A stretch of 64,000 bases of DNA from Thermoanaerobaculia bacterium (GCA_046261875.1 JBHENW010000024.1:955-64954); one strand, 5' to 3'; counted from the first letter of the stretch, positions 35,972-45,256 are shown. Notes: generated by a model not told the origin, from the sequence alone. Numbers and translations: made by a program.

Positions 35972-36834
35972 AAGCACGCGGCCTCCGCAAGGTCTACGGA
36001 AAAACCGTCGCGCTGGACGGGGTCGATCTCCGCGTCGAAGAGGGCCGCATCCTCGGTCTCATCGGCCCCAACGGCGCCGGGAAGACCACGGCGCTCAACG
36101 CGATCCTCGGCCTCACCTCTTATCAGGGAGACCTGACGGTGCTCGGAAGGGAGCCCTGGACCGATCGCGACCAGCTCATGCGCGACGTCTCCTTCATCGC
36201 CGACGTCGCCGTGCTGCCGCGCTGGATGAGGGTGCGGCAGGCGCTCGACTACGTCCAGGGGGTGCACCCGCGATTCGACCGGGCGAAAGCCGAGGCCTTC
36301 CTGGCGAAGACCACGATCCAGCGCGGCAGCAAGGTCCGGGAGCTGTCGAAGGGCATGGTGACCCAGCTGCACCTCGCTCTCGTCATGGCACTCGACGCGA
36401 AGCTGCTGGTTCTGGACGAGCCGACGCTCGGCCTGGACATCCTGTATCGCAAGCAGTTCTACGACTCGCTGCTCAACGACTACTTCGACGGCACCCGCAC
36501 GATCCTCGTGACGACACATCAGGTGGAAGAGATCCAGGACGTCCTGACGGATCTCATGTTCATCGACCGGGGTCGCATCGTGCTCGAGTGCAGCATGGAG
36601 GAGTTCGAGAGGCGCTACACGCAGGTCATGGTGAACCCCGAGAACCTCGAGGCGGCGCAGGCGCTGAAGCCCATGAGCGAACGGCAGGTCTTCGGCCGCA
36701 GCATCCTGCTCTTCGACGGAGCCGATCGACAGAAGCTCGGCGCCCTCGGCGACGTGCGCACGCCCGGCATCGCCGATCTCTTCGTCGCGGTGATGGGTAA
36801 TCCGTCTGCCGCCCCGCAGGGAGGCGCCCGATGA
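35959..36834 (+). CDS. ABC transporter ATP-binding protein
   Basis: Walker A GPNGAGKTT, signature LSKGMVTQLHLA, Walker B LLVLDEPTLGLD, H-loop VTTHQ. Confidence 0.85.
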   Translation: MACIEARGLRKVYGKTVALDGVDLRVEEGRILGLIGPNGAGKTTALNAILGLTSYQGDLTVLGREPWTDRDQLMRDVSFIADVAVLPRWMRVRQALDYVQGVHPRFDRAKAEAFLAKTTIQRGSKVRELSKGMVTQLHLALVMALDAKLLVLDEPTLGLDILYRKQFYDSLLNDYFDGTRTILVTTHQVEEIQDVLTDLMFIDRGRIVLECSMEEFERRYTQVMVNPENLEAAQALKPMSERQVFGRSILLFDGADRQKLGALGDVRTPGIADLFVAVMGNPSAAPQGGAR

Positions 36835-37748
36835 CCTCACCGAACGCTGTGCCGGCCGCGGCCCCGCCCCTCACGGCTGCGCCCGCGCGGGAGATCCGTC
36901 CGATGTACTGGTCCGTGCGGCGGGAGCTCTGGGAGAATCGCTCCCTCTACCTCGCGCCCGCAATCGTCTCGGCGGTGGTGCTGTTCGGCACGCTCATCGG
37001 CACGATCGGCCTGCCGGGCCGCGTGCGGAACGCGGCGAGCGATCCGGCGAAGCTGCACGACGTCCTGGTTGGCTCCCCCAGCACGGCGCCGTCGCCGGTC
37101 ATGTTCGTCGCGCTGATGGTCGGCCTCTTCTACTGCCTCGAGGCTCTCCACGGAGAGCGCAAGGATCGCAGCATCCTGTTCTGGAAGTCGCTTCCGGTCT
37201 CGGATCGGACGACCGTGCTCTCCAAAGCGAGCATCCCGCTGCTGGTTCTGCCCGTGATCGCCTACGTGCTCGGCATGTCCACGCAGCTCCTCCTGCTCTA
37301 CGCGAGGAGCGCTGTCCTTTGGGCCAGCGGGCTGAGCGCCTCCGCGATGTGGGCGGAAATGCGTTTCTTCGAGGGCCTGGTGATCATGGCCTACGGCCTG
37401 GCCGCCTTCGTGCTCTGGTGGGCGCCGATCCACGGCTGGTTTCTGCTGGTGTCGGCGTGGGCGAAACGCGCGGTCCTTCTGTGGGCCGTGCTGCCTTGGC
37501 TCGCGGTCGCGGGATTGGAACGCATGGTGTTCGGCTCCTTGTCCTTCATGCGCATGCTCCAGTACCGGTGGACGGGCGCCATGACCGAGGCGTTCACCCT
37601 CAAACCGGGCTCTCACGACATCGATCGGCTGGCGCAGCTCAGGCCGGGCCACTTCCTGACCCGGCCCGGCCTGTGGCTGGGGCTGGCCTTTGCGGCGGCA
37701 TGTCTCGCCGCCGCGGTGAGGCTGCGCCGTCATCGGGAACCGATCTAG
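36831..37748 (+). CDS. putative ABC-2-like transporter permease / integral membrane protein
   Basis: 6 predicted TM segments; ATGA overlap with the preceding ATPase stop. Confidence 0.55.
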   Translation: MTSPNAVPAAAPPLTAAPAREIRPMYWSVRRELWENRSLYLAPAIVSAVVLFGTLIGTIGLPGRVRNAASDPAKLHDVLVGSPSTAPSPVMFVALMVGLFYCLEALHGERKDRSILFWKSLPVSDRTTVLSKASIPLLVLPVIAYVLGMSTQLLLLYARSAVLWASGLSASAMWAEMRFFEGLVIMAYGLAAFVLWWAPIHGWFLLVSAWAKRAVLLWAVLPWLAVAGLERMVFGSLSFMRMLQYRWTGAMTEAFTLKPGSHDIDRLAQLRPGHFLTRPGLWLGLAFAAACLAAAVRLRRHREPI

Positions 37749-37787
37749 TCGCAGCAAGGCGATTCATTTCGCGCAAGGAGAACGAGC

Positions 37788-38552
37788 ATGAGCACAGGCA
37801 TCCGTACGGAGGGGGTTACAGAAACGGCGGCGCGGTTCAAGGCGAGGACGGCCGGTTTCTTCTGGCTGATGACGTTTCTGACGGGCAGCTTCGCGATGGT
37901 CGCCGGCGGGCGGCAGATCGTGGCCGGCGACCCCGCGGCCACGTCGGCCAACATCCTGGCGAACGAGTCCCTGTATCGGCTGGCGCTCACGTCCAACCTG
38001 ATCGCCGGCGCATGCTATCTCGCGGCGACGCTGCTCGTGTACGAGCTGCTCAAGCCGGTGAACAGGGGCATCTCGCTGCTCGCGGCGTTCTTCAGTCTCC
38101 TGGGCGTCGGGAGCGGTGCCGTGACCTCACTTCTCTATTTCGCTCCATTGGTCGTCTAGGGAGCGGCGCGATATCTGAGCGTCTACACGGGGGAACAGAC
38201 GCAGGCGCTGGCGCTCCTGTTTCTCGGATTGGGGGAGCAGGCCTCCGCCATCTCCTTCGGGTTTTTCGGGCTGCACTGCCTCCTCGTCGGCTGGCTCATT
38301 CTCCGGTCGACCTTTCTGCCCCGCCTCGTGGGGGCCCTGATGGCATTGGGAGGGCTGGGCTGGCTGACCCTCTGCCTCGCCAATCTGCTGTCGCCGGCGC
38401 TCGGGCAGTCTCTGATCCCGTTCATCGCGATCCCCGGCCTCATCGGAGAGCTGTCGCTGATCTTCTGGCTACTCGTGAAGGCCGTGAACGCTCAGCGGTG
38501 GAAGGAGCAGGCGATCGCATCGGCCGCCGTGACCATCCCGGAGCATGCATGA
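37788..38552 (+). pseudogene. DUF4386-family membrane protein interrupted by a single in-frame TAG at 38157..38159
   Basis: Track ORFs 37788..38159 and 38229..38552 are in the same frame; the intervening in-frame translation (GAARYLSVYTGEQTQALALLFLGLGEQASAISFGFF) is continuous DUF4386-like sequence and matches the intact paralog immediately downstream. Confidence 0.55.
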
Positions 38553-39259
38553 CGCGCACGACGAACGCGCGGCTCGCCGGCTTCACTTTCCTCTTCTACA
38601 TCGCGGCCGGCATCACCCGCATGATTCTGTCCAGCCGGGCGATGAGCGGGGAGGGGACCGCGGCAAAGCTCGAGAGCCTCGCCGGACACGCGACGGAGTT
38701 GCGCTTCATCGTCGTGCTCTCCCTGCTCATGAGCCTTTCGGCCCTGGTGCTGGGCGTGACGCTCTGGGCGATCACGCGCGAGCAGGATCCGGATCTCGCC
38801 ATGCTGGCGATGACCTGTCGCGTCGTCGAGGGCGTCAACAATGCGAGCTCGATACCGCAGACGCTCGGATTGTTCTGGCTCGCTACGGCCACCGGAGCCA
38901 ACGCGCCGGACTCCGCGGCCGCGCAGGCGCTCGCCGCGTACTTTTTCCGTGAGGGAGCGGGCGTCAGCGCAACGTTCTTCGCCGTGGGCAGCACCCTTTT
39001 CTCGTGGCTCCTCCTGCGCGGCCGGATGATTCCCGTCCCTCTGGCCTGGCTGGGCGTGGTCGCCTCGGTCCTGCTCGTCTTGCTCCTTCCCCTGCAGCTC
39101 GCCGGATCCGTCCGGTCCTTCTCCGGCGCAGTTGGCTGGCTCATGTGGATGCCCATGCTCGTGTTCGAGCTCGTGTTCGCGCTCTGGCTGCTCATCAAGG
39201 GTGTCGCCGCGCCGGCCGCCCGGCGTTCGCCTCTCAACCAACCCTCAACGGTTTCATGA
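38549..39259 (+). CDS. DUF4386-family membrane protein (intact paralog)
   Basis: MTRTTNARLAGFTFLFYIAAGI... 6 TM; ATGA overlap with the upstream gene stop. Confidence 0.6.
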   Translation: MTRTTNARLAGFTFLFYIAAGITRMILSSRAMSGEGTAAKLESLAGHATELRFIVVLSLLMSLSALVLGVTLWAITREQDPDLAMLAMTCRVVEGVNNASSIPQTLGLFWLATATGANAPDSAAAQALAAYFFREGAGVSATFFAVGSTLFSWLLLRGRMIPVPLAWLGVVASVLLVLLLPLQLAGSVRSFSGAVGWLMWMPMLVFELVFALWLLIKGVAAPAARRSPLNQPSTVS

Positions 39260-39290
39260 CAAGACCAGTCCTGGTCTAAAGGAGAACCCC

Positions 39291-39872
39291 ATGCACCGCG
39301 TCATTCCCGGAATCCTTCTGATCTGTTTTCTCACGCCAGCCGCCATCGGCCTGGCCCAAAGCACTCCGCCGCCAGCCGCCCCCACGCCCCAGCCCAATCC
39401 TCTCAGCGCACACAGCCGGATGATGTATCGAGGGGTAAAAGGAATCCTGATCCGCTCAGCGGAGCTCATGCCCGAGGAGAACTATTCCTTCAAGCCGACG
39501 GAGTCGGTCCGCAGCTTCGGCCAGATCATCGGACACGTCGCCGACTCGCAGTACACATTTTGCTCCAGGGTACTCGGGGAAACGAGGCCAGCCCTGAAAA
39601 TCGAGGAGACCAAGACCTCGAAGGCCGACCTGATCGCCGCACTCAAAGCCGCCGTCGCCTACTGCGACAAGGCCTACGACGGGATGACCGACGCGTCAGC
39701 GGTCGAGAGAGTGAAGCTCATGGGAAGCGAATCGCCCAAGCTCGGCGCGCTCGCCGTCAACAACACACATACCATCGAGCACTACGGAAACCTCATCGTC
39801 TACTTGCGGATGAAGAAGATCGTCCCTCCGACGAGCGACCAGGCGTTCATGCAGGAGATCATGAAGAAGTAA
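39291..39872 (+). CDS. DinB/YfiT-like (DinB_2 superfamily) protein with signal peptide
   Basis: AAAGGAGAA RBS then ATG; signal peptide MHRVIPGILLICFLTPAAIGLAQ; conserved His residues (GHVADSQY ... HTIEHYGNLIVYLRM) typical of the DinB_2 metal-binding triad; lower GC than surroundings. Confidence 0.6.
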   Translation: MHRVIPGILLICFLTPAAIGLAQSTPPPAAPTPQPNPLSAHSRMMYRGVKGILIRSAELMPEENYSFKPTESVRSFGQIIGHVADSQYTFCSRVLGETRPALKIEETKTSKADLIAALKAAVAYCDKAYDGMTDASAVERVKLMGSESPKLGALAVNNTHTIEHYGNLIVYLRMKKIVPPTSDQAFMQEIMKK

Positions 39873-39963
39873 TGTCTCCGGGCCGGCCCGCTTTTTGATC
39901 CTGGCGAGTCCCTGGTTCATGTTTTGCCTGTGATCCAGGGCGCACGGGAGGACTCGCTCGAGC

Positions 39964-40989
39964 ATGAAAGCGATCGTCTATCGCAACTATGGCTCACCCG
40001 ATGTTCTCCGGCTCGAGGACGTCGAGAAGCCGGCGCCTCGTGACGACGAGGTCCTGGTAAGAGTTCGCGCGGCTTCTGTCAACCCGCTCGACTGGCACGT
40101 CATGAGAGGTGAGCCGCGCTTCATGCGCCTGCTGGCCGGACTGCGCAAGCCAAAGGACATTCGGCTGGGAGTGGATCTGGCGGGAGAGGTCGAAGCAGTC
40201 GGCAGCGGCGTGACTCGGTTTCGACCGGGAGACGCTGTCTTTGGCTCGAGTGACGGCGCATTCGCCGAGCATGTCTGTGCCCGCCCGAATCACCTGGCCT
40301 TGAAGCCCGAGAAGCTCACCTTCGAGCAGGCGGCGGCCGTGAACGTGGCGGGGCTGACCGCCTTGCAGGGCCTTCGCGACAAGGGACGGCTTCAGCCGGG
40401 GCAGAGGGTCCTCATCAACGGCGCCGCGGGGGGCGTGGGAACGTTCGCCGTGCAGATCGCGCGGACGTTCGGCGCCCATGTGACCGGTGTCTGCAGCACC
40501 CGGAACGTGGACATGGTCCGATCCATCGGGGCGGACCGGATCGTCGATTACACCCGGGAGGACTTCACCGGCGGCGGGGAGCGGTACGACCTGATCTTCG
40601 ACTGCATCGGGAACCATTCGCTATCCGCCTTCCGGCGCGTCCTGAGCCCGAGAGGGATTTACCTGATGATCGGGGCAGGGTCCGGTCGATGGATCGACCC
40701 TTTTCCTCGTGCAATCAGGGCGCTCCTGCTGTCTCCCTTCGTGAGCCAGGAGCTCTCCATGTTCATCGCGAAAAGGAAGTCAGAGGACCTGGAGATCCTG
40801 GGCCGGCTCATCGAAGAGGGGCAGGTGAAACCGGTCATCGACAGGCGTTACCGGTTGAGCGAGGTCCCCGAGGCGATCCGGTATCTGGAGACGATGCGCG
40901 CGCGAGGAAAAGTCATCATCATCGTGGACCCCGACGAAAGGGGTCGACGTGCCGGGATGGGAAGAGAGGGCGCAGGCGTGAGCACGTAG
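39964..40989 (+). CDS. zinc-type alcohol dehydrogenase-like / MDR-family NAD(P)-dependent oxidoreductase
   Basis: MKAIVYRNYGSPDVLRLEDVEKP..., nucleotide site VLINGAAGGVGTFAVQIAR, C-terminal GKVIIIV. Confidence 0.8.
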   Translation: MKAIVYRNYGSPDVLRLEDVEKPAPRDDEVLVRVRAASVNPLDWHVMRGEPRFMRLLAGLRKPKDIRLGVDLAGEVEAVGSGVTRFRPGDAVFGSSDGAFAEHVCARPNHLALKPEKLTFEQAAAVNVAGLTALQGLRDKGRLQPGQRVLINGAAGGVGTFAVQIARTFGAHVTGVCSTRNVDMVRSIGADRIVDYTREDFTGGGERYDLIFDCIGNHSLSAFRRVLSPRGIYLMIGAGSGRWIDPFPRAIRALLLSPFVSQELSMFIAKRKSEDLEILGRLIEEGQVKPVIDRRYRLSEVPEAIRYLETMRARGKVIIIVDPDERGRRAGMGREGAGVST

Positions 40990-41094
40990 CGTCACGAAAG
41001 GACTGCGACGTTCAACCAGCTTCTTCCCCGGCGCATCGATAATACGTATCGCGGTTACAAGATCGCGCTCTGGCTCTTTGCCCTGGTTCTGTTC

Positions 41095-41472
41095 ATGAAG
41101 GGTGCCATGAGCCTGAACGGGATCTTCAACGGTTACTCCGTGGCGAGTTCCGCCGACGGAATCCCCATGGACACTTACCCGCCGGCCGCTGCAGGGACGA
41201 TCGTTTCTCTCTTCGCGCTCCTGGGGCTCTCCCGCCTCATGATCTCCTTGCTTGGTCTATTGGTCTTGGTTCGGTATCGCAGCATGATTCCGTTGATGTT
41301 CGCGTTGCTCCTGCTGGAACATCTGAGCGCAAGACTGGTTCGGTTGTTCATTCCCATCGTCAGGACCGGAACGCCACCCGCTGGTGTCATAAACCTCGCA
41401 CTCCTCGGCCTGATGATCGTTGGCTTCGCGCTATCGCTACGGCGCCAAGGCAATCTTCGAGTACAGGAGTGA
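41095..41472 (+). CDS. hypothetical membrane protein
   Basis: 3 hydrophobic helices; hydrophobic in-frame sequence continues upstream to the ADH stop without a canonical start, so the boundary is uncertain. Confidence 0.35.
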   Translation: MKGAMSLNGIFNGYSVASSADGIPMDTYPPAAAGTIVSLFALLGLSRLMISLLGLLVLVRYRSMIPLMFALLLLEHLSARLVRLFIPIVRTGTPPAGVINLALLGLMIVGFALSLRRQGNLRVQE

Positions 41473-42852
41473 CCTACGAGTGTCGTTGCCCCGTGCCCGG
41501 CGGGCCCATCGGCTCGTCGCCGGCTGTACGGCTTCCGGCTTGTCCACCTCTTCGATGCGGACATCCGAAGGCGGTCTTTCCTTCTGCAGGCGTGCCGCGG
41601 CGGCTTCGGCCTTCCGCATGACCCGGAGCACGTTGCGGCCCGCGATGCCCTCGAGCTGCTCGTCCGTGTAGCCGCGCCGGACGAGCTCGGCGAAGAGAAC
41701 GGGGGTAGGCGGCCACGCTCTCCAGGCCTTCCGGCGTGGTGGAAATCCCATCCAGGTCGGCGCCCACTCCGGCGTGCGCGGCGCCGGCCACCCGCACCAC
41801 GTGGTCGATGTGATCGGCGACGTCCTGCAGGGTCGCCCGCGGTGCGGGATTCGCGCCTTCCCACGGGGCGAGCGCCCCCTTCGTCTTCTCCGGCTGCCCG
41901 CGATACAGGGCCTTGAGGCGCGCCTCTTCAGCGTCTTTCGCGGCGTCGCGCGCGCGCACCTTCTCCGAGACGAACGCGGGCACCCACGTGACCATTTACC
42001 ACGCCGTCGTTCTCCCGGACGCGGCGCAGAACGTCATCGGGAACGTTTCGCGCGTGATCCGTGATCGCCCGCGCGGAGGAATGCGAAAAGACGACCGGCG
42101 CTGCGGTCGCGTCCAGGATGTCGTGCATCGTCTTCGGCGCGACGTGCGAGAGATCGACGAGCATGCCGAGACGATTCATTTCCGCGATGACCAGCTTCCC
42201 GAACGGGGTGAGGCCGCCGTGGACCGGATCGGCCGTCGCCGAATCGGCCCAGTCGGGTTCGCGCCGTGCGTGATCGTCAGATATCGCGCGCCCGCCGCGA
42301 AGAGCTGGGGAGAACGGCGAGTGAGTTGAGAATGGAGTGGCCGCCTTCCACTCCGATGCGCGAGGCGATCTTGCCGCGGCGATGGATGCGCACGACGTCA
42401 TCGGCGGTGCGAGCGAGCTCGAACGTGTCCGGGTAGAGCTCGCCCAGGCGGTGGACGACATCGATCTGCTCGAGGACGGCCCGCACGGCGTCCGTGCCCG
42501 TGCGCGTCGTCGGGACGTATGCGGACCAGAACTGCCCGCCGATCCTCCTCTGCCGCAGCCGCGGGATGTCCGTGTGCAGCGCGGGGGTGAGCTTGCTCTG
42601 GTCCTGCCGGATGTCCAGCTGCGCAAGATGATTCCTGACCCGCTCCTCGTACTGGGAGGGAAGGTCGTTGTGTCCGTCGATCAGCGGCACTTCGCGGAGG
42701 ATGCGGTCGATGCGCGCGTCCACGGAGTTCGTCTGGGCAGTTGCGGGAACGGCGAGAGCGACGAACAGCGTCACTCCACAGAGGACGCGCCGCCGCGTGA
42801 GCCAGCTCGACCTCGCCGTGGAGGCGGGCGTGTCATCGCGCCACGTGAGCAT
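41437..42852 (-). pseudogene. M19-family membrane dipeptidase, fragmented by at least three frameshifts
   Basis: Four ORF fragments in different frames together cover a colinear M19 dipeptidase: IDGHNDLP...[18 protein letters not shown]...IGVEGGHSI | [11 protein letters not shown]...[27 protein letters not shown]...[25 protein letters not shown] | MVTWVPAFV...LQDVADHIDHVVRVAG..HAGVGADLDGI | LFAELVRRGYTDEQLEGIAGRNVLRVMRKAE. The 41995 junction is a single extra A in an AAA run. Confidence 0.7.
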
Positions 42853-43549
42853 CGAGACGGGCCGCGCCCAGCCCAGTCGGGAAATGGTCCTTCTGCTCGG
42901 CCGCGCGCTCGACGTGCCCCTGCGCGACCGGGAACGATCTCCTGGTCGCGGCCGGCTACGCGGCCATGTACCGCGCCACCGATTCCGACGCGCCGGCCCT
43001 CGAGCAGGCGCGACGGGCGCTCGATTTCATGCCGCGCCAGCAGGAGCTTTACCCCGCCATCGTGGTCGATCGCCATTGGACGATCCTGAAGGCCAACGAC
43101 GGCGCCGTGCGGCTGGTGGGGGCCTTCGCAAACGCTTCGGCCGCGGCCGAATGGCGCGGCAACGCGAGGCGGCTCATGTTCCATCCGCCCGGCTTTCGGC
43201 CGTGCATCGTTCAACTGGGAGGCCATGGCGGCGGCGCTGATCCAGTGGCTCCACCGTGACGTCCTGGCGGGGGCTCGGCGGCGCCGAGACCCGCGGGCTC
43301 CTGGACGAGCTGCTCTCCTATCCCGGCGTGCCGCCCCGGTGGCGCACGCTTGACCTCGACGTCTCCACCGCTCCCTTCCTGGCGATCGAGTTCGAAAAGG
43401 GAGACCTCCGCCTCTCCTTCTTCTCCACCTTGACCAGCCTCGGGACCCCGCAGGACATCACCCTCCAGGAGCTCCGGATCGAGTCGTTCCTCCCGGCCGA
43501 CGCGGCGACCGAGGAGGCGTCGCGGCGTCTGGCGGGCGGATCTGAATGA
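42776..43549 (+). pseudogene. MmyB-like XRE-family transcriptional regulator, 5'-truncated and fragmented by several frameshifts
   Basis: HTH (RRRVSQLDLAVEAGVSSRHVSIETGRAQPSREMVLLLGRALDVPLRDRE) then MmyB-like ligand-binding segments in two other frames (LLVAAGYAAMYRATD...YPAIVVDRHWTILKANDGAVRLVG...FHPPGFRPCIV | EAMAAALIQWLHRDVLAG | LLDELLSYPGVPPRWRTLDLDV...LSFFSTLTSLGTPQDITLQELRIESFLPAD). Confidence 0.6.
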
Positions 43550-44441
43550 GGGCGACGCCCGCCAGGATGATCGCCATCGACGCGATCATGCGCAGCGTCA
43601 CCGGCTCCCGAAGCAGGAGCGCCCCCGTGAGCACCGCGATCCCCGGATTGACGTACGCGTACGACGACACCTGGCCCGCGCTCAACTTGGTCTGCGCGTA
43701 GTTGTAGGCGGTGTAGGCGACGACCGAGCCGAGCACTGCCAGGTAGAGCACAGCGACGGACGACCGGACGGAGAACATGCCCGCCGTGGCGCGCTCGCCG
43801 GCCGCGAGCGCGGCGAGCGTCACCGCCACCCCTCCGGCGAGCATCTGCACGACGGCCGCGGCCATCGGGTCCGCGCTCGCCCGATGGCGGCGCGAGATGA
43901 GCGTTCCGCCGTTCCAGCAGATCGCGCTCAACTGCATCGCTCCGACCGCGAGAAGGAATCGTCCCGAGAGATCGACACGGCCGATCGCCGGCGCGACGAG
44001 CAGTCCCACGCCGCCGAACCCCAGGACGAGGCCGGCGATCTTCCTCCCGGTCAGCGAAGAGAGCCCGAGGACCGCCTCCATGGCGGCCATCCAGATCGGA
44101 ATCGTCGCGGCGAGGAGGGCGGCCAGGCCGCTGGTCAGCGTGTGCTCGGCATAGACGACGAGGGTGTTCCCGGCGCCGGCCATGAGGACACCGGCGATCG
44201 TCTGGTCGCGCCACTCCCGCGTGCTCTTCGGAAAGCGCGCTCCGCTCAGCCCGGCGATCAAAAGAAGGAGAAGGCCCGCAATGAGGAAGCGGGCGCCCCC
44301 GACGATCAGCGTCGGGATCGTCTCGATGGCCACGCGGATCGCGGCGAACGTCGTCCCCCAGATGACGCAGATCGCCGCGAAGGCGAGATACGCGCCGACG
44401 CGGCTCTCGCGCGGGGAGCGCGCGAGAGCCGACTCCATCAC
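43458..44441 (-). CDS. EamA/DMT-family transporter
   Basis: 10 TM helices in two EamA repeats (ICVIWGTTFAAIRVAIE..., YAQTKLSAGQVSSYAYVNPGIAV). GTG 44441 / ATG 44438 start. Confidence 0.75.
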   Translation of the reverse strand: MMESALARSPRESRVGAYLAFAAICVIWGTTFAAIRVAIETIPTLIVGGARFLIAGLLLLLIAGLSGARFPKSTREWRDQTIAGVLMAGAGNTLVVYAEHTLTSGLAALLAATIPIWMAAMEAVLGLSSLTGRKIAGLVLGFGGVGLLVAPAIGRVDLSGRFLLAVGAMQLSAICWNGGTLISRRHRASADPMAAAVVQMLAGGVAVTLAALAAGERATAGMFSVRSSVAVLYLAVLGSVVAYTAYNYAQTKLSAGQVSSYAYVNPGIAVLTGALLLREPVTLRMIASMAIILAGVALIQIRPPDAATPPRSPRRPGGTTRSGAPGG

Positions 44442-44551
44442 TTGGAAGCCGGCGGGAGACCGTAACTCATCGTGGGGCGAAGGCTCAGGATCTCGACGGT
44501 CGTCTTGGCGATCGAGGCGCCGGCCTCGTCCGGCAACGCCTGCTCGGTCAT
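44438..44551 (-). CDS. tiny 37-aa ORF translationally coupled on both sides (speculative)
   Basis: ATG overlaps the stop of the upstream gene (ATGA at 44548..44551) and its TGA overlaps the EamA ATG (TGATG at 44436..44440); peptide MTEQALPDEAGASIAKTTVEILSLRPTMSYGLPPASK. Confidence 0.3.
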   Translation of the reverse strand: MTEQALPDEAGASIAKTTVEILSLRPTMSYGLPPASK

Positions 44552-45168
44552 TCCATCGAGATCGAAGACAGGCTGGGCCGGGGACGCAACCGGACGTAGC
44601 GGGGATGCGGTCCGCCCGCCACCATCCGATACCAGAGCGTCTCCCCCTGCAGCCGCGGCTGCTCGGCGCCGAGGGCTGCCTCGAACGCCTTCGCCGTCCC
44701 GGGCACGAGGTCCACGGTCGTGAACTCGAGCCGCGCGGTCGACTGGGGGGTGCCCGTGCCCCGCGAAAGCCCGGGGAGGAACTCGAAGAGCGCGTTCCCG
44801 ACGAACCGGGCGTGTCCTATGACGTTCAGGACGTTGTCCCTCTCGTCCTCCGCAGGGGCCACGGGGTTGTCCAGGCTCGCGGCCGAGTGCCCGAACGTCG
44901 CGTAAACGAACCACCGCTGCCGTTCACCGGCCCAGATGGTCCAGCCGTACCAGACCCAGGGGTCCCGAGCCTGCCGGTGCCACTCCAGGTGCCGGACGTA
45001 TCCGGCCTCGAAGTCCACGGTGTCCCCGTCGTGGGGACGCAGGATCGCGATGCGGGCATACGGACCCCGTTCGGTCTGGGCGGGGAGCCGCGCGGGAAGC
45101 ACGGAGCCGATCAGAAGCACCGTGGAGACGATCCAGAGCCAATGAGGCTTCATGAAGTTCCTCCTCAC
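44548..45168 (-). CDS. hypothetical secreted protein
   Basis: Signal peptide MKPHWLWIVSTVLLIGSVLPARLPAQ; Trp-rich mature domain; no recognised family. Confidence 0.5.
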   Translation of the reverse strand: MRRNFMKPHWLWIVSTVLLIGSVLPARLPAQTERGPYARIAILRPHDGDTVDFEAGYVRHLEWHRQARDPWVWYGWTIWAGERQRWFVYATFGHSAASLDNPVAPAEDERDNVLNVIGHARFVGNALFEFLPGLSRGTGTPQSTARLEFTTVDLVPGTAKAFEAALGAEQPRLQGETLWYRMVAGGPHPRYVRLRPRPSLSSISME

Positions 45169-45204
45169 GAGCGCGCAGAATCGGCTTCTCGGCGCAGCCG
45201 GTCA

Positions 45205-45221
45205 ATTACCTGACAGGTAAT
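45205..45221. promoter_or_regulatory. perfect 17-bp palindrome ATTACCTG-A-CAGGTAAT in an intergenic region
   Basis: Read directly; located between the NmrA stop (45257) and the start of the secreted hypothetical gene (45168); candidate operator. Confidence 0.4.
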
Positions 45222-45256
45222 CGCACGCGACCGGTCGGCCGCGGCCCGGCGAGGGG

